Positions 1-10,321 of a DNA stretch of 64,000 nt are shown one piece after another. The DNA lies in assembly GCA_050248615.1 (NCBI GenBank), contig JBFWSA010000005.1:11374-75373 (forward strand), read 5' to 3'. Position 1 is the first letter of the stretch; every line of letters starts with the position of its first letter. Position numbers and translations under genes: made by a program. The DNA comes from Simkaniaceae bacterium (GTDB lineage: Bacteria; Chlamydiota; Chlamydiia; Chlamydiales; Simkaniaceae). Below the pieces are notes generated by a model. That model had not been told where the DNA came from. It saw nothing but the letters and a program-made list of their open reading frames with translations, and did not search any database.

Positions 1-796
1 CGCCCCAGAGACTCTTCGAGCGATTAGCCCCCTTTTCCTTTACGAATCCCCCTATGATCCTACGGACTCCTTCATAGATAAGTGTATTAAAACGGTTGTC
101 GCCTCTTTTAAGCTTTTCTCTTATTTCTTCCAAGAAACGCGTCAACTGATAGCCTTTCTTCCCCTTGTTAAAGAGATCAAACCCGCACTCGAAGCGGAAA
201 TCGAAAACTTGGAAAAAGAAGTTTTTTCCCTTCATAACGAAATGCTAGTGCCTGACCGCAAAAGTCCTTCATGGAATTTTTAGCGTCAAAGTTCCCGGGA
301 TTGAGCTGCCGAAAAGCACGCTGTATTAATGCAATACAGTGTACTTTTCGGCGGTTCAATCGCGGGTCTTTCACGCAAAAATTACTGCAAGGACTTTTGC
401 GGTCAGGCACTAGATACCCTATTTATCATGGAGTATGAGGAAGAAATGTTAAAAGTACTTGGAGGGGAATCCCCCACCCTTTCTAAGGAAGCCCTCTTCG
501 AAAAATTTTTAGCATCCTATAGCGCTACTATGGCTGCCCGCAAATATGTCTACCACCAAGGGGAAAAGAGAGCACTTGATGATCAGGAGACCCAAGCAAA
601 AATACTTGCTAGTTACAGAGAGCACCTTGAAGGGATTTTTGGCCGCCTAGAAGCCCTTCCTAAAGAATCTACGGAAACGGTCCAAAAAAGAATTCTTTTT
701 GCACACGATCATATTGAGCGCTTGATCAAAAGAAAGACCCAACTCACAGAAACCTCTCAAGCAATCGCTGAGTTCCTAGAAAGCCCTTTACACTAA
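1..796 (+). pseudogene. 3' part of a hypothetical gene interrupted by a palindromic element (246..412)
   Basis: Frame 2 is open from base 2 (APETLRAISPLF...EKEVFSLHNEML) and stops at TAG 281-283 inside the element. The same frame continues DTLFIMEYEEE... to 796. Excising the element and one TA joins the two parts in frame. Confidence 0.7.
246..412. mobile_element. TA-bounded palindromic MITE-like element, TAGTG-terminus type (167 bp)
   Basis: Terminal inverted repeat TAGTGCCTGACCGCAAAAGTCCTT / AAGGACTTTTGCGGTCAGGCACTA with inner stems. The reconstructed empty site is CTAG. Confidence 0.85.
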
Positions 797-836
797 ATTC
801 TTGTTACTTTGTGCTCCTTAGATTAGTATTGTAGGC

Positions 837-1775
837 ATGAAAAACCTACTAAAGCTTCTCCTTCTATTTTTAGTATGTTACCTCCCCTTAGAAGCAAAAG
901 AGTCCAAAAAGAAAGTCTGCTTCATTGTTAATCCTATCTCTGGAGTGGGGAAGCAAAAAAAAATTGAAAAGCTCATTAAACGCAATTTAAATCTCTCTGA
1001 GTTTTCTTACGAAGTTCATTATACAAAAAGACCGAAGCATGCTACCGAACTGAGCCATCGGGCCGTTTTAGAGGGGGCTCAGATCATCGTTGCTGTCGGT
1101 GGGGATGGGTCTGTTAATGAAGTTGCTCAAGGGATGATCGGCTCACAAGTTGCCCTTGCGATCATCCCAACGGGATCGGGGAATGGCTTTGCCCGCTACT
1201 TTGATATCCCCACAGATCCGGCTGAAGCCATCCAAGTGATCAATGGAATGCATGACCAGTGGATCGATACCGTGAAGATTAACCAAGAATCCTATATCGG
1301 CGTGGCCGGGATTGGGTTTGATGCAGATGTCAGCCTCGCTTTCTCAACCCTAGAAAAGCGGGGTCCCGCTTCTTACCTCCGGGTCATTCTCAGTGAACTT
1401 CCCAACTACAAACCCCAGAACTATGAGCTCGTTATTGATGGAAAACCTTACAAAGAAAAAGCCTTTTTAATCTGTTTTGCGAACTCTAAGCAATATGGAA
1501 ATAACGCCTTTATCGCCCCCAATGCTCAAATCGATGATGGCTTTTTAGATGTGATCATCTGGAAAGAGTTTCCTCCCCATGCGGCCCCCAAGCTCGTCCA
1601 TGATCTCTTTACAAAACATCTGGGAGATTCAAAATATACCCAATCTTTCCGTTGCCAAGAGGTCATCCTCAAAAAACCGATGCATACCCTCCATATCGAC
1701 GGCGAACCTATGGATTTTGATGAGGATGTCTACATCCGCATCCTCCCCTCCTCTCTCAAAATCATCACCCCTTAA
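837..1775 (+). CDS. Diacylglycerol/lipid kinase family protein (YegS/DAGK-like) with N-terminal signal-like segment
   Basis: Motifs NPISG, GGDGSVNEV, PTGSGNGFAR and HIDGE. Confidence 0.9.
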   Translation: MKNLLKLLLLFLVCYLPLEAKESKKKVCFIVNPISGVGKQKKIEKLIKRNLNLSEFSYEVHYTKRPKHATELSHRAVLEGAQIIVAVGGDGSVNEVAQGMIGSQVALAIIPTGSGNGFARYFDIPTDPAEAIQVINGMHDQWIDTVKINQESYIGVAGIGFDADVSLAFSTLEKRGPASYLRVILSELPNYKPQNYELVIDGKPYKEKAFLICFANSKQYGNNAFIAPNAQIDDGFLDVIIWKEFPPHAAPKLVHDLFTKHLGDSKYTQSFRCQEVILKKPMHTLHIDGEPMDFDEDVYIRILPSSLKIITP

Positions 1776-1897
1776 CCCTGATTTTCGACCCTATTATTGA
1801 CAAAAATACCCTGAAAAACAACCCTGAATGGTGAAAATAACCCCTGATTTTCGACCATATATAGCTAAAGTTGTTTAAATCTCAATAAGAGTTTGGG

Positions 1898-2980
1898 TCA
1901 CTTTTGAAAGCGATCTAGGGTATAAGTAGTCCCCGCAGAGAGCTGCAAAGGCGTCCCTACTTCATAGACACGTCCCCGATCTCGGGGCCCTTTACGCAGG
2001 CGGAACGACTTTAATGGAGATTGAAACTTTAAATAGCAGATCTGATCGGTTTGGGGATGTAGGGAGAGACGCCGAATGAGCTTTTTCGTCCATTCGATAT
2101 CTAGGGTCAAATCCTTGCATTCTACCCCGACAAAACGTCCTGCATGAAGCTCTACCGGAAGACAGGGGAGTAGGGAAAGCTTGTTTTCCTTCTGTTGAAT
2201 AAAAAGCTGGCGGATCAGACGGGCCCCTTCCCCTAATAGCATTAAAGGGGATGCCTCCTGCGGAATTTCATCTTGCTTAGAAAGAAACCCTTGGTAGTCG
2301 GTATCGATAAGTCTCGGGGTAAGTATCCCTTCGAACCCTGCACGAAAAAGACCGATTAAATGGAGTCCTATCTCCTCCCGTTTTTTTTGGAGAGCAAGAG
2401 TCTCGCAGTGTTTTAGAAGGCGCGCTGTCCCCACATCGAGTTTGGGATGGGGAGGGATATTCTTCCCTAGCTCAAACCAAATCGGCAAAATCTCCTCAAG
2501 ATTGAGGCGTCTTTTGACCAGGGTCCAATCTTGCGCTTTGTGACATCCAAAATGGATTTTTTCTTTCAGTATGTTTGGGAAAGAGCAAGAAGCACTCGGC
2601 ATGATGAGCTCTTCTTTTCGCTTAAGAATGCGGGTCTCCCCTTCATAGGTAAAGGGAATCCCTTCTTTGGGGGCCCGTTCTAAAAATAGAATAACTTCAT
2701 GAGCAGAGGCCACTAACCGATAAGAAAAATATCCTTGAGGCCCTTTCCCCAACACACGTACCCATTGCCTTTCCAAATCTTGCATCACCGTAAACTGACT
2801 TAAAGGTCCCTGGATCGCGCAAGTCACTAAAAAATGATCGCGGCTTCCCTCTGAAAGCAAATTTGTAAACTCTATTTGCGTCGGGTAAGCTTTCACTTTC
2901 CAAGAACTTTTCGGCAATAGGCAGCTGGTGCCAACCTCATGCGAAAAGGGTCTGTACTTTTCTGTCAGTTTGATTTTCAT
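1898..2980 (-). CDS. Hypothetical protein (possible glycoside-hydrolase-like C-terminal beta domain)
   Basis: About 360-aa ORF overlapping the mtaB end. LSLLPCLP...GRFVG resembles GH65/GH95 C-termini, but only weakly. Confidence 0.65.
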   Translation of the reverse strand: MKIKLTEKYRPFSHEVGTSCLLPKSSWKVKAYPTQIEFTNLLSEGSRDHFLVTCAIQGPLSQFTVMQDLERQWVRVLGKGPQGYFSYRLVASAHEVILFLERAPKEGIPFTYEGETRILKRKEELIMPSASCSFPNILKEKIHFGCHKAQDWTLVKRRLNLEEILPIWFELGKNIPPHPKLDVGTARLLKHCETLALQKKREEIGLHLIGLFRAGFEGILTPRLIDTDYQGFLSKQDEIPQEASPLMLLGEGARLIRQLFIQQKENKLSLLPCLPVELHAGRFVGVECKDLTLDIEWTKKLIRRLSLHPQTDQICYLKFQSPLKSFRLRKGPRDRGRVYEVGTPLQLSAGTTYTLDRFQK

Positions 2981-4196
2981 CATATCCTACAAGCCCATCT
3001 TTTCGATTTTCTATACATTTTACACGTACCATCTCATTGGGTCTGACCCCTCCTTGTGGAAGATACACCGGTATAAAATGCTCTGTATGTCCCCGATTTT
3101 TTGTTTCTAAAAGGACGGTAAATTCTCTTCCTCGATATTTTTCTCGTAATAGAAACGCCTGCTCTTCAGCAAGCTGAAGGAGGCGGTGTTTGCGCTCTTC
3201 AATGACCTCTCTGGGAACCTTATGGGGCATTCGCGAAGCACGCGTCTTGGGACGGTCACTATAGGGAAATAGATGTACCTTTGCAAACTGCACCTCTTTT
3301 ACAAGATCGAGCGTTTCTTGAAACTCACTTTCTGATTCGCCGGGAAAGCCTACAATGATATCAGTCGTAAAGGTAAAGTCGGATTCCTGTTTGAGGAGAC
3401 GCTGGGTCGCTTCCAGAAAATCTTGCTTTGTATATTTCCGCCGCATGCGCTTCAAAGTGAGATTGGATCCGGATTGCAGGACGATATGCATTGAAGGACA
3501 CGTCTTCTTCCCTTGAATCACTGCTTCAAGAAGGGCCTCATCGACTTCATCGGGATCGATCGAAGAGATCCGAATACGTTCGAGTCCTTCTATTTGATCG
3601 ACCTGACGTACCAAATCTGCCAGACGGACAGGAGGAGACTCATCTCCATCAAAATCCCCAATATTGATCCCGGTTAAAACAACTTCTTTGTAGCCATTTT
3701 CGACAAGTGTTTCTACTTCACGTAAAATATCAAAAACTTTTTTTGAGCGAGAGCGCCCCCGCACAAAGGGGATAACGCAGTAGCTACAATAGGAATTACA
3801 CCCATCTTGGATTTTGACAAAGGCACGGGTATGGGCTTCGAACCGTTCAATCCGGAACTCTGGCCATTCTTCTTCAGGGAAAACGAGAGATAGAAGATTT
3901 TCTTTATTGGGGTTAGTGACCACATGGGTCACTTCGGGAATCCCTTTCAACTTCTCAGCATAACATCCTGTCACAACGAGGGTTTCTGGACGATTTTCCC
4001 GTGCTAGCTTACGGATCTGGTAAAAGGAACGCTTGTCAGCAGAGGCTGTGACTGTACAGGTATTCACAATGCAAAGGTCTGCTTTTTCTCCAGGCAAAGC
4101 CTCCCGATACCCCTTTTTCAGAAGCTGATCGGAAAAGGCTTGCGATTCATACTGATTCGTACGACACCCGAGTGTGACAACTTTATATTTCTTCAT
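2937..4196 (-). CDS. mtaB: tRNA methylthiotransferase MtaB (radical SAM)
   Basis: TLGCRTNQYES, NTCTVT, the CxxxCxxC motif (GCNSYCSYC) and a short TRAM domain. Confidence 0.9.
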   Translation of the reverse strand: MKKYKVVTLGCRTNQYESQAFSDQLLKKGYREALPGEKADLCIVNTCTVTASADKRSFYQIRKLARENRPETLVVTGCYAEKLKGIPEVTHVVTNPNKENLLSLVFPEEEWPEFRIERFEAHTRAFVKIQDGCNSYCSYCVIPFVRGRSRSKKVFDILREVETLVENGYKEVVLTGINIGDFDGDESPPVRLADLVRQVDQIEGLERIRISSIDPDEVDEALLEAVIQGKKTCPSMHIVLQSGSNLTLKRMRRKYTKQDFLEATQRLLKQESDFTFTTDIIVGFPGESESEFQETLDLVKEVQFAKVHLFPYSDRPKTRASRMPHKVPREVIEERKHRLLQLAEEQAFLLREKYRGREFTVLLETKNRGHTEHFIPVYLPQGGVRPNEMVRVKCIENRKDGLVGYDENQTDRKVQTLFA

Positions 4197-4272
4197 GCCC
4201 CTGATATTATAGGAAATCTCTTCGTAAAAATACACCAACTCTTTAAAATAGTTAGATACTTAGGAGATTTTT

Positions 4273-4869
4273 ATGTCAGCTCATCCCGTTTCTATCGGTC
4301 TCTCTTTATTTTTTGTTATTAATGTTTTAGGAAATATCCCCCTTTATATTGCTCTACTTGCCCGTTATCCCATCAAAAAACAACGGATGATCTTAATAAG
4401 AGAATTTTCGATTGCTATGGCCATTCTTCTCCTTTTCAATTATTTTGGAGCTAGTATCTTTAGGGTATTGGGAATTTCAGAAGCGGTTTTAGGGATGGCG
4501 GGAGGAATCCTCCTTCTCCTGATTTCTATCACCATGATCTTCCCTAAACATGAGCAGGAAAAGAGCCCTCAACACGAGCCGATTATCGTTCCTTTAGCTA
4601 CCCCCGTTATTGCAGGACCTGGTTCGATCACGTCCGTCATGCTTTTTGCCTCTAAAATGGGGGATCTCCATCTCATGTCTCTCATCATCATTTGCGCCAT
4701 TCTGGTCTCCCTTTTGATCGCCCTCGCCTCTTCCTTTTTAAAGTATGGTCTGGGGGAAAAAGGACTCGTTGCTTTCGAACGCTTAGGGGGAATGATTGTG
4801 GCTCTGATCGCGGTTCAAATGTTTGCAACAGGGGCGATTAAAATGGTCAAGGAAAGCTTTAGTATTTAG
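4273..4869 (+). CDS. MarC family integral membrane protein
   Basis: VPLATPVIAGPGSI and ERLGG motifs, about 6 TM segments. Confidence 0.9.
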   Translation: MSAHPVSIGLSLFFVINVLGNIPLYIALLARYPIKKQRMILIREFSIAMAILLLFNYFGASIFRVLGISEAVLGMAGGILLLLISITMIFPKHEQEKSPQHEPIIVPLATPVIAGPGSITSVMLFASKMGDLHLMSLIIICAILVSLLIALASSFLKYGLGEKGLVAFERLGGMIVALIAVQMFATGAIKMVKESFSI

Positions 4870-5545
4870 CCCGTTTGATGATCCCTTTCTCCCATAGGGA
4901 AACAGCGGAATGGGCCCCTACAATGATGTGGTCATCAAGAGGGATGCCTAAAAGATTTCCCGCTGTCATTAAGAGTTGGGTAAGATCAATATCTGCTTGA
5001 GAGGGGGTGGGATCTCCACTCGGATGGTTATGGACGATAATCAAACTAAAAGCGCGATGATGTAAGGCTTGATGAAAAACTTCTCGGGGATGGACCATCA
5101 CCTCTGAAAGGGTCCCCATCGCGATGATCTCATGATGAAAAACATGTTTTTTTGCATCCCGCATGAGAAGAGCTAAGACCTCCCGCTTTTCTTTCTGGAT
5201 TTCGGGAGCAATGAGCCTGTAAGCATCTTGAGGAGAGGCAACCAGACATTTCCCTTCCCCTCCGATGCGCTGCACCCGCACCCCTAAGGCAAAAGCCGCT
5301 TTTAGTTGTGTAGCTTTTGCTTTTCCAATTCCTTTGACCTCGGTAAGCGCTTCTACAGAAGCTCTTGTGAGAGAGGTGAGATCTCCAAAGTGACTGAGGA
5401 GGGTTTCTGCTAAAGACAAGACAGATTGTCCTTTGCGCCCACTTCCTAGACAAATCGCCAAAAGTTCTGTCAAAGAAAGGGCTTCAGCTCCTCTTAAAAG
5501 CAAACGTTCTCTTGGCCTTTCTCCCTCAGGAATTTTCCGTAACAT
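4859..5545 (-). CDS. radC: RadC (JAB domain) family protein
   Basis: ERPRERLL, an HhH motif (GIGKAKA), HPREVF, HNHPSGDPTPS..D and LDDHIIVG. Confidence 0.95.
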   Translation of the reverse strand: MLRKIPEGERPRERLLLRGAEALSLTELLAICLGSGRKGQSVLSLAETLLSHFGDLTSLTRASVEALTEVKGIGKAKATQLKAAFALGVRVQRIGGEGKCLVASPQDAYRLIAPEIQKEKREVLALLMRDAKKHVFHHEIIAMGTLSEVMVHPREVFHQALHHRAFSLIIVHNHPSGDPTPSQADIDLTQLLMTAGNLLGIPLDDHIIVGAHSAVSLWEKGIIKRAKY

Positions 5546-6839
5546 CAATAAGATATCCTTTGACTTTATGCTCTAAAGCTGTGGGAATCTCCACCTCTAA
5601 TAGCACATCATTTTCCTCATAATCTTGTGAAATCACCCGTCCTTCTTTCATCAGCTCGCTAATAATGGCGTAATCTTTTTGAGGAATGCAAAGCCTGACA
5701 ATTTTACGTAAGGCTTTAAGGGCATCCATCATCATCTGCATGAGTTCATGAAAACCCTCCCCTGTCAGAGCAGAGATCCCTACTACACGGGGATACTTCA
5801 GCTTATAACGCCCTAAAATGCCCCGTTTCTCCACAAGATCGATTTTATTGAGAACGGTGATAATGGGTTTATCCTTTGCGCTGAGTTCCCGAAGAACTTC
5901 ATAGGTCGATTCGGCATGCTCTTCTGCTAAAGGATGGTTCACATCGATTAAGTGGAGCAAAATATCGGTAAAAACGGCCTCTTCAAGGGTGCTTTTAAAG
6001 GCGGCAACGAGGGTATGGGGAATTTTTCTGATAAACCCTACCGTATCTACAAGTAAAATCTCTTGGTGATTGGGAAGAGAAAACTTACGCGTCGTGGTAT
6101 CGAGGGTTGCAAAGAGCTTATCTTCCACAAGAACATCGGCCTGTGTCAGAGCGTGTAAAAGGGTCGATTTCCCCACATTGGTATACCCTACAATCGCAAA
6201 GGTAGGAATGCCACTTCTCACGCGCGCTTGACGTTGCACCTCCCGCTGATGACGCACCTCTTCTATCTCTTTCTTGAGCTGTGAAATACGATCCCGCACA
6301 ATCCGACGGTCGAGTTCGATCTGACGTTCCCCTTCCCCTTTAAGGAATCCTTTACCACTCGCTACTTGGCGTGAAAGGTGGGTCCAAAGTCTTTTTAAGC
6401 GGGGCAATTGATATTGGCTTTTGGCAAGCTCAATCTGGAGTTTGGCTTCTTTGGTTTGAGCTCTTTGGGAAAAAATCTCTAAAATTAGCTCTGTTCGGTC
6501 TATGACAGGGCGCTTAAAAATTTTCTCTAAATTGCGTTGTTGATTCGGTGACATTTCATCGTCAAAAATCACGATATCTGCACCCAAATCTTCAGCTTTT
6601 TGTGAGAGCTCCTCTACTTTTCCACTTCCAAAAAAAGTTGCAGGATCTATCTTACGGATCGAACAGGCTTCTTTGCCGACAACCTCTAACCCATAGGTTT
6701 GAGAAAGAGCTTCTAGTTCATCTAAATGCTCTTTGCAAAGATTAAGTTCGGCTGTCCGCTGGTAGCCCCCTGCAAGGAGGGCCGTTTTGAGATCGGTAAG
6801 CTCATATTTAATGTCTTCGTAGAGTTTATCTTCTGTCAT
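5526..6839 (-). CDS. hflX: GTPase HflX
   Basis: GYTNVGKST, LFATLD, DTVGFI and NKID motifs, plus the HflX N-terminal domain. Confidence 0.97.
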   Translation of the reverse strand: MTEDKLYEDIKYELTDLKTALLAGGYQRTAELNLCKEHLDELEALSQTYGLEVVGKEACSIRKIDPATFFGSGKVEELSQKAEDLGADIVIFDDEMSPNQQRNLEKIFKRPVIDRTELILEIFSQRAQTKEAKLQIELAKSQYQLPRLKRLWTHLSRQVASGKGFLKGEGERQIELDRRIVRDRISQLKKEIEEVRHQREVQRQARVRSGIPTFAIVGYTNVGKSTLLHALTQADVLVEDKLFATLDTTTRKFSLPNHQEILLVDTVGFIRKIPHTLVAAFKSTLEEAVFTDILLHLIDVNHPLAEEHAESTYEVLRELSAKDKPIITVLNKIDLVEKRGILGRYKLKYPRVVGISALTGEGFHELMQMMMDALKALRKIVRLCIPQKDYAIISELMKEGRVISQDYEENDVLLEVEIPTALEHKVKGYLIDVTENS

Positions 6840-7612
6840 AAAGGAATTTCCAGTCCATCGTAGGCGAGTGCAAATCCACTAGGCAGCTCTTGGGTTGTTG
6901 TTTCATGATGGATTTCATGAGAAATATGAGTGAAATAGGTCTTTTTCGCACCTGTTTTTTTTGAAAAGGCAATAGCTTCTTCAACACTTAAATGGGCCAC
7001 CGATTTTTCCCAACGCCTGGCGCTGATAATGAGGGTTTCAATCCCCTTAAGGGATTCAAAAAGGCTCTCTCCATATTCCATAATATCGGTGACATAGGCT
7101 ACATTCTTAAAACGAAAACCATTCACTTTCATCCCCACTTGAATATAAGAGAAATAACCTACTTTCAATCCTTCAAAAGAGGTCTCTCCTTGATCTCCTT
7201 CCAAAACCTGAAATTTCAGTTTTGTTGCATGAATAGCATCTTTTTCATGCGGAGGAAGAAAATAGTGATACCGAATTTTTAGCTCATCCAAGGTCTCTCT
7301 AGAGAGTAAACAGGGAATGGGTTTCTTTTGCCGAAAGGTGTAAATGCGGAGTTCATCCAGTCCTGCAATATGATCATAATGGGTATGTGTCAAAAGGAGG
7401 GCATCGAGGGAATCAATGTGATGTCTAAGGGCTTGGTGACGAAAATCTGGACCACTATCTACTAAATAACGTTTCCCTCCATGGATCAAAAGGATAGAGG
7501 GTCGGAGACGGTTATCTTTAGGATCATTGGACTTACAAACTTCGCACGAGCAACCGATGATAGGAACCCCCATCGACCCCCCCGATCCTAAAAATAAAAG
7601 ACGATCTTTCAT
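6836..7612 (-). CDS. MBL-fold metallo-hydrolase (PhnP-like)
   Basis: LGSGGSMGVP..GCSCEVC, THTHYDHIAGLD and THISH. Confidence 0.9.
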   Translation of the reverse strand: MKDRLLFLGSGGSMGVPIIGCSCEVCKSNDPKDNRLRPSILLIHGGKRYLVDSGPDFRHQALRHHIDSLDALLLTHTHYDHIAGLDELRIYTFRQKKPIPCLLSRETLDELKIRYHYFLPPHEKDAIHATKLKFQVLEGDQGETSFEGLKVGYFSYIQVGMKVNGFRFKNVAYVTDIMEYGESLFESLKGIETLIISARRWEKSVAHLSVEEAIAFSKKTGAKKTYFTHISHEIHHETTTQELPSGFALAYDGLEIPL

Positions 7613-8598
7613 GAAACTTCCTCTAGTACACGAGCACACATTTGCATCGCTAGGGCTCTTCCCAAATAGCTATGGTAGAGAAGGCCCCGGGATCCCATCG
7701 CTGTGATCACAAATACTCCCGGCTGCACTTCCCCTACAATGGGATGATAGCGCTTGCGATTGACAACACGCATTTCTGCCTTACACCCCAGCACTTCAAA
7801 GGCCCCATAAGAGGAAAGGTAAGCATCGACTTGTTTAAAAATTAAATCGGTAGCAATCCCTAAACAGGGAGTTTCGGTAACATATTCCTGTTCATAGGTG
7901 GAACCTAAATAGCAGATCTCTTCGTTTTCACTCAGCGCTAAATACCCTTTTCCAATTAAGCTACTTTTCAGAGTCCAATAGGAAGGTTTTTTGGTGATTA
8001 AAACGTGCCCTTTGTTGCATTTGATAGGAAGGTCTAGACCAAAACGGCGTATGCCCGCTCCTGCACATAAAACCACCTGATCAAAACCCCCCAAATCTTC
8101 GAGGTCAACGTCTTCTCTTGCAAGTTGCGCCCCTAACCTCTCACATACCTCCCAGAGCCCCTTTAAGTAAAGGGCGGCATGCACAGTCACCCCAGAACGG
8201 ATAAAAATTCCTGGAAAGGCCCGCCCCCCAGGAATGGATGCCAAACACCTCTTTTCATCCCACCATTCGATATCAGCTTCCTTTTCAGCCCTTTCCCTGA
8301 GAGCTTTCTGCTGCTTGTCCGTAAGTGCAAGCTTTAATAACCCCGTTTCCTTGTATACCTCGGGCCCTACCAATCGCAAAAGCTCGAGCGTCGCTGCCAT
8401 TGCTTCACGCCCCTTCCAAGAAAAGCGTGCACTTTCTCCGGGAAAAGGGTGTAAAAGCCCCGACGCAATGCCAGAAGCACCTCCCCCTACCCCTTTTCCA
8501 TCGAAAACGGTGATCTCTTTTTCCCCTTCCTCTTTTAAAAGGTGGTAACAAAGGCCCAGCCCCGAAAAGCCAGCACCCACAATCGCAATTTTTTTCAT
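7609..8598 (-). CDS. FAD-dependent oxidoreductase (DAO family)
   Basis: IAIVGAGFSG Rossmann motif, GGASGIASGLLHP and C-terminal GSRGL. Confidence 0.85.
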   Translation of the reverse strand: MKKIAIVGAGFSGLGLCYHLLKEEGEKEITVFDGKGVGGGASGIASGLLHPFPGESARFSWKGREAMAATLELLRLVGPEVYKETGLLKLALTDKQQKALRERAEKEADIEWWDEKRCLASIPGGRAFPGIFIRSGVTVHAALYLKGLWEVCERLGAQLAREDVDLEDLGGFDQVVLCAGAGIRRFGLDLPIKCNKGHVLITKKPSYWTLKSSLIGKGYLALSENEEICYLGSTYEQEYVTETPCLGIATDLIFKQVDAYLSSYGAFEVLGCKAEMRVVNRKRYHPIVGEVQPGVFVITAMGSRGLLYHSYLGRALAMQMCARVLEEVS

Positions 8599-9416
8599 AC
8601 GTGAGAGTGTTTTTTTTGCATAAGAGCATAACTCTCTACAGCAAAATTAAAAAAGAAAAGAATTCCAGGAGTGAGAATCGCACAGAACGGAATCATGATA
8701 AAAAACCATTGAAGAGCGATGGCCAGCGTTTCCGTTTTCATGAAAAAGTTGACACCTGTAAGGAATGCCGCGAGCGATAAGATCCCCACGATTAAGAGAA
8801 GGGGAACAATCCCTAATAAAAATAGGATGAGATTGGAAAAAAGATTTTGACTAAAGCGGCGGTAAACATCCTCTGCAAGTTTCAGTTTAAGTCGAGAGTT
8901 TAGCGCAATATGAGGGGTCGCAAAAAATAGGATGAATAAATTAAAAAAACTGAGGACTAAAGACCCCAGCACCAATAAAAAGGGGCCAAAAGCTAAAACC
9001 ACCCCTAAAACGTCTCCAAGTGCAGGAATTTCTTTAAGCAAATAGAAAATCCCCATGAGCATCCATAAAAACAAATAGACAAGCATCAAGGGAAACGTCA
9101 AATAGGAAACCCCAATCAAAAGCTCCCAAGATTGACTCAAAATTTTCTTAAAGCTTAGCGGAATCATCTTGACTTCATGGTGATAGACCCGCGCTAAAAC
9201 CACCCCTGCAGATAGTAAAAGTCCTGAAGACAAAAATACCGGCAAAAATGTTAGGCTAAGAACCACCCATTGCCCTGCGCTTACTGCCAAAGCACGACAA
9301 AAAACAAGCATCAACCCGCAGATCACCAAGACAGGAAATAAAAATAGCATCTTCTTCTTCGAAAAAGAAAACTTCAGCGCGCGATTAAAAATATGCTCTA
9401 CATCTTCAAATTTCAT
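8595..9416 (-). CDS. Integral membrane hypothetical protein
   Basis: 273 aa with about 6 hydrophobic segments. First gene of an overlapping minus-strand operon. Confidence 0.8.
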   Translation of the reverse strand: MKFEDVEHIFNRALKFSFSKKKMLFLFPVLVICGLMLVFCRALAVSAGQWVVLSLTFLPVFLSSGLLLSAGVVLARVYHHEVKMIPLSFKKILSQSWELLIGVSYLTFPLMLVYLFLWMLMGIFYLLKEIPALGDVLGVVLAFGPFLLVLGSLVLSFFNLFILFFATPHIALNSRLKLKLAEDVYRRFSQNLFSNLILFLLGIVPLLLIVGILSLAAFLTGVNFFMKTETLAIALQWFFIMIPFCAILTPGILFFFNFAVESYALMQKKHSHV

Positions 9417-9486
9417 GAGCTTATCCTACTCCACCCAAAGAATTATTTCAAACACCCTCTTTTAGACGATTAAAAAACAAGTTGAT

Positions 9487-9650
9487 TATACTCAAACCAA
9501 TTTAAAAGTTGGATTTTCGGCTGCGCCAAAGCACCGTAATTTGCTGATCTTACATGACCTCATATTTCTAATATTATGTCATGTAAGAACGACGAATTCC
9601 GAAAGTTTTCGCGTTGCCCCAAAACCAACTTTTAAATTGGCTTGAGTATA
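9487..9650 (-). mobile_element. Palindromic MITE-like element family A (164 bp, diverged copy, reverse orientation)
   Basis: TATACTCAAACCAATTTAAAAGTTGG...CCAACTTTTAAATTGGCTTGAGTATA. Aligns with the copies at 14662, 16669 and 32120. Confidence 0.9.
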
Positions 9651-9678
9651 TGTACATAAATATATGTATATTGGTAAC

Positions 9679-9869
9679 ATGAAAACAAAGAACTTAAAAA
9701 GAAGCTTAAAAAATACGGGTGGAGATTGCAACGGCATGGTTCAAACCACGATATTTGGACAAACGGTCTAATTTCTGAACCAGTGCCTCGCCACAATGAA
9801 ATCAATGAGCTTCTAGCAAAAAAAACCCTTCAAAAGGCTAAAATAAACCCAGCAGTGAATGAGGGTTAA
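9679..9869 (+). pseudogene. hicA: HicA family toxin, frameshifted just after the start
   Basis: ATG at 9679. The -1 frame reads KELKKKLKKYGWRLQRHGSNHDIWTNGLISEPVPRHNEINELLAKK (HicA G-W..GSNH..VPRH pattern) to TAA 9867-9869, and has no in-frame start. Confidence 0.8.
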
Positions 9870-9870
9870 T

Positions 9871-10308
9871 ATGGAATTAGATGGTATTATTGAAAAAGCT
9901 CCTAAAGGGAAATATTGGGTTATCGAAATTGCAGCTCTAGAACTTATGACTCAAGGAACAAGTAGAAAAAATGCTTTTTCTATGATTCAAGATGCCGTTC
10001 TCGAACTCATAGAATCTTATTTTGGCAAAACGGTTCGAAAAGCTTTAAAACTCTCTATCTATGAACATGGAAATGAAGGTTTTGGGTTAAGTAGCAATAA
10101 TAATAAGATTCTTCTCTCTTTAGCCTTAAAAAGGCAAAGAGAGATTAGTGGATTAACAATTAGAGAAGCAGCTTTGAATTTAGGTTCTAAGTCTCCAAAT
10201 TCCTACTCTCAATATGAAAAAGGAAAAATCAATATCTCTTTAGATAAATATGAACTGCTTCTTTCTGCCGCAAACCCTCAGACTACTTGTAGTCTTCGCC
10301 TAGGTTGA
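9871..10308 (+). CDS. hicB: HicB family antitoxin with C-terminal XRE HTH
   Basis: YWVIEIAALELMTQGTSRKNA is a HicB-like N-terminus, followed by an HTH (REISGLTIREAA...YSQYEKG). Lies directly after hicA. Confidence 0.85.
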   Translation: MELDGIIEKAPKGKYWVIEIAALELMTQGTSRKNAFSMIQDAVLELIESYFGKTVRKALKLSIYEHGNEGFGLSSNNNKILLSLALKRQREISGLTIREAALNLGSKSPNSYSQYEKGKINISLDKYELLLSAANPQTTCSLRLG

Positions 10309-10321
10309 TTCCAGACGGATC

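Noticed and set aside
177..410. ORF-track calls lying in palindromic elements (177..410, 10451..10705, 15518..15712, 32010..32210, 32125..32352, 33525..33938, 53279..53698)
   Set aside because: They are read-throughs of non-coding elements or antisense to real genes.
4859..5545. radC as a mobile-element or anti-restriction marker
   Set aside because: It is the full-length chromosomal form, inside a housekeeping operon with hflX.
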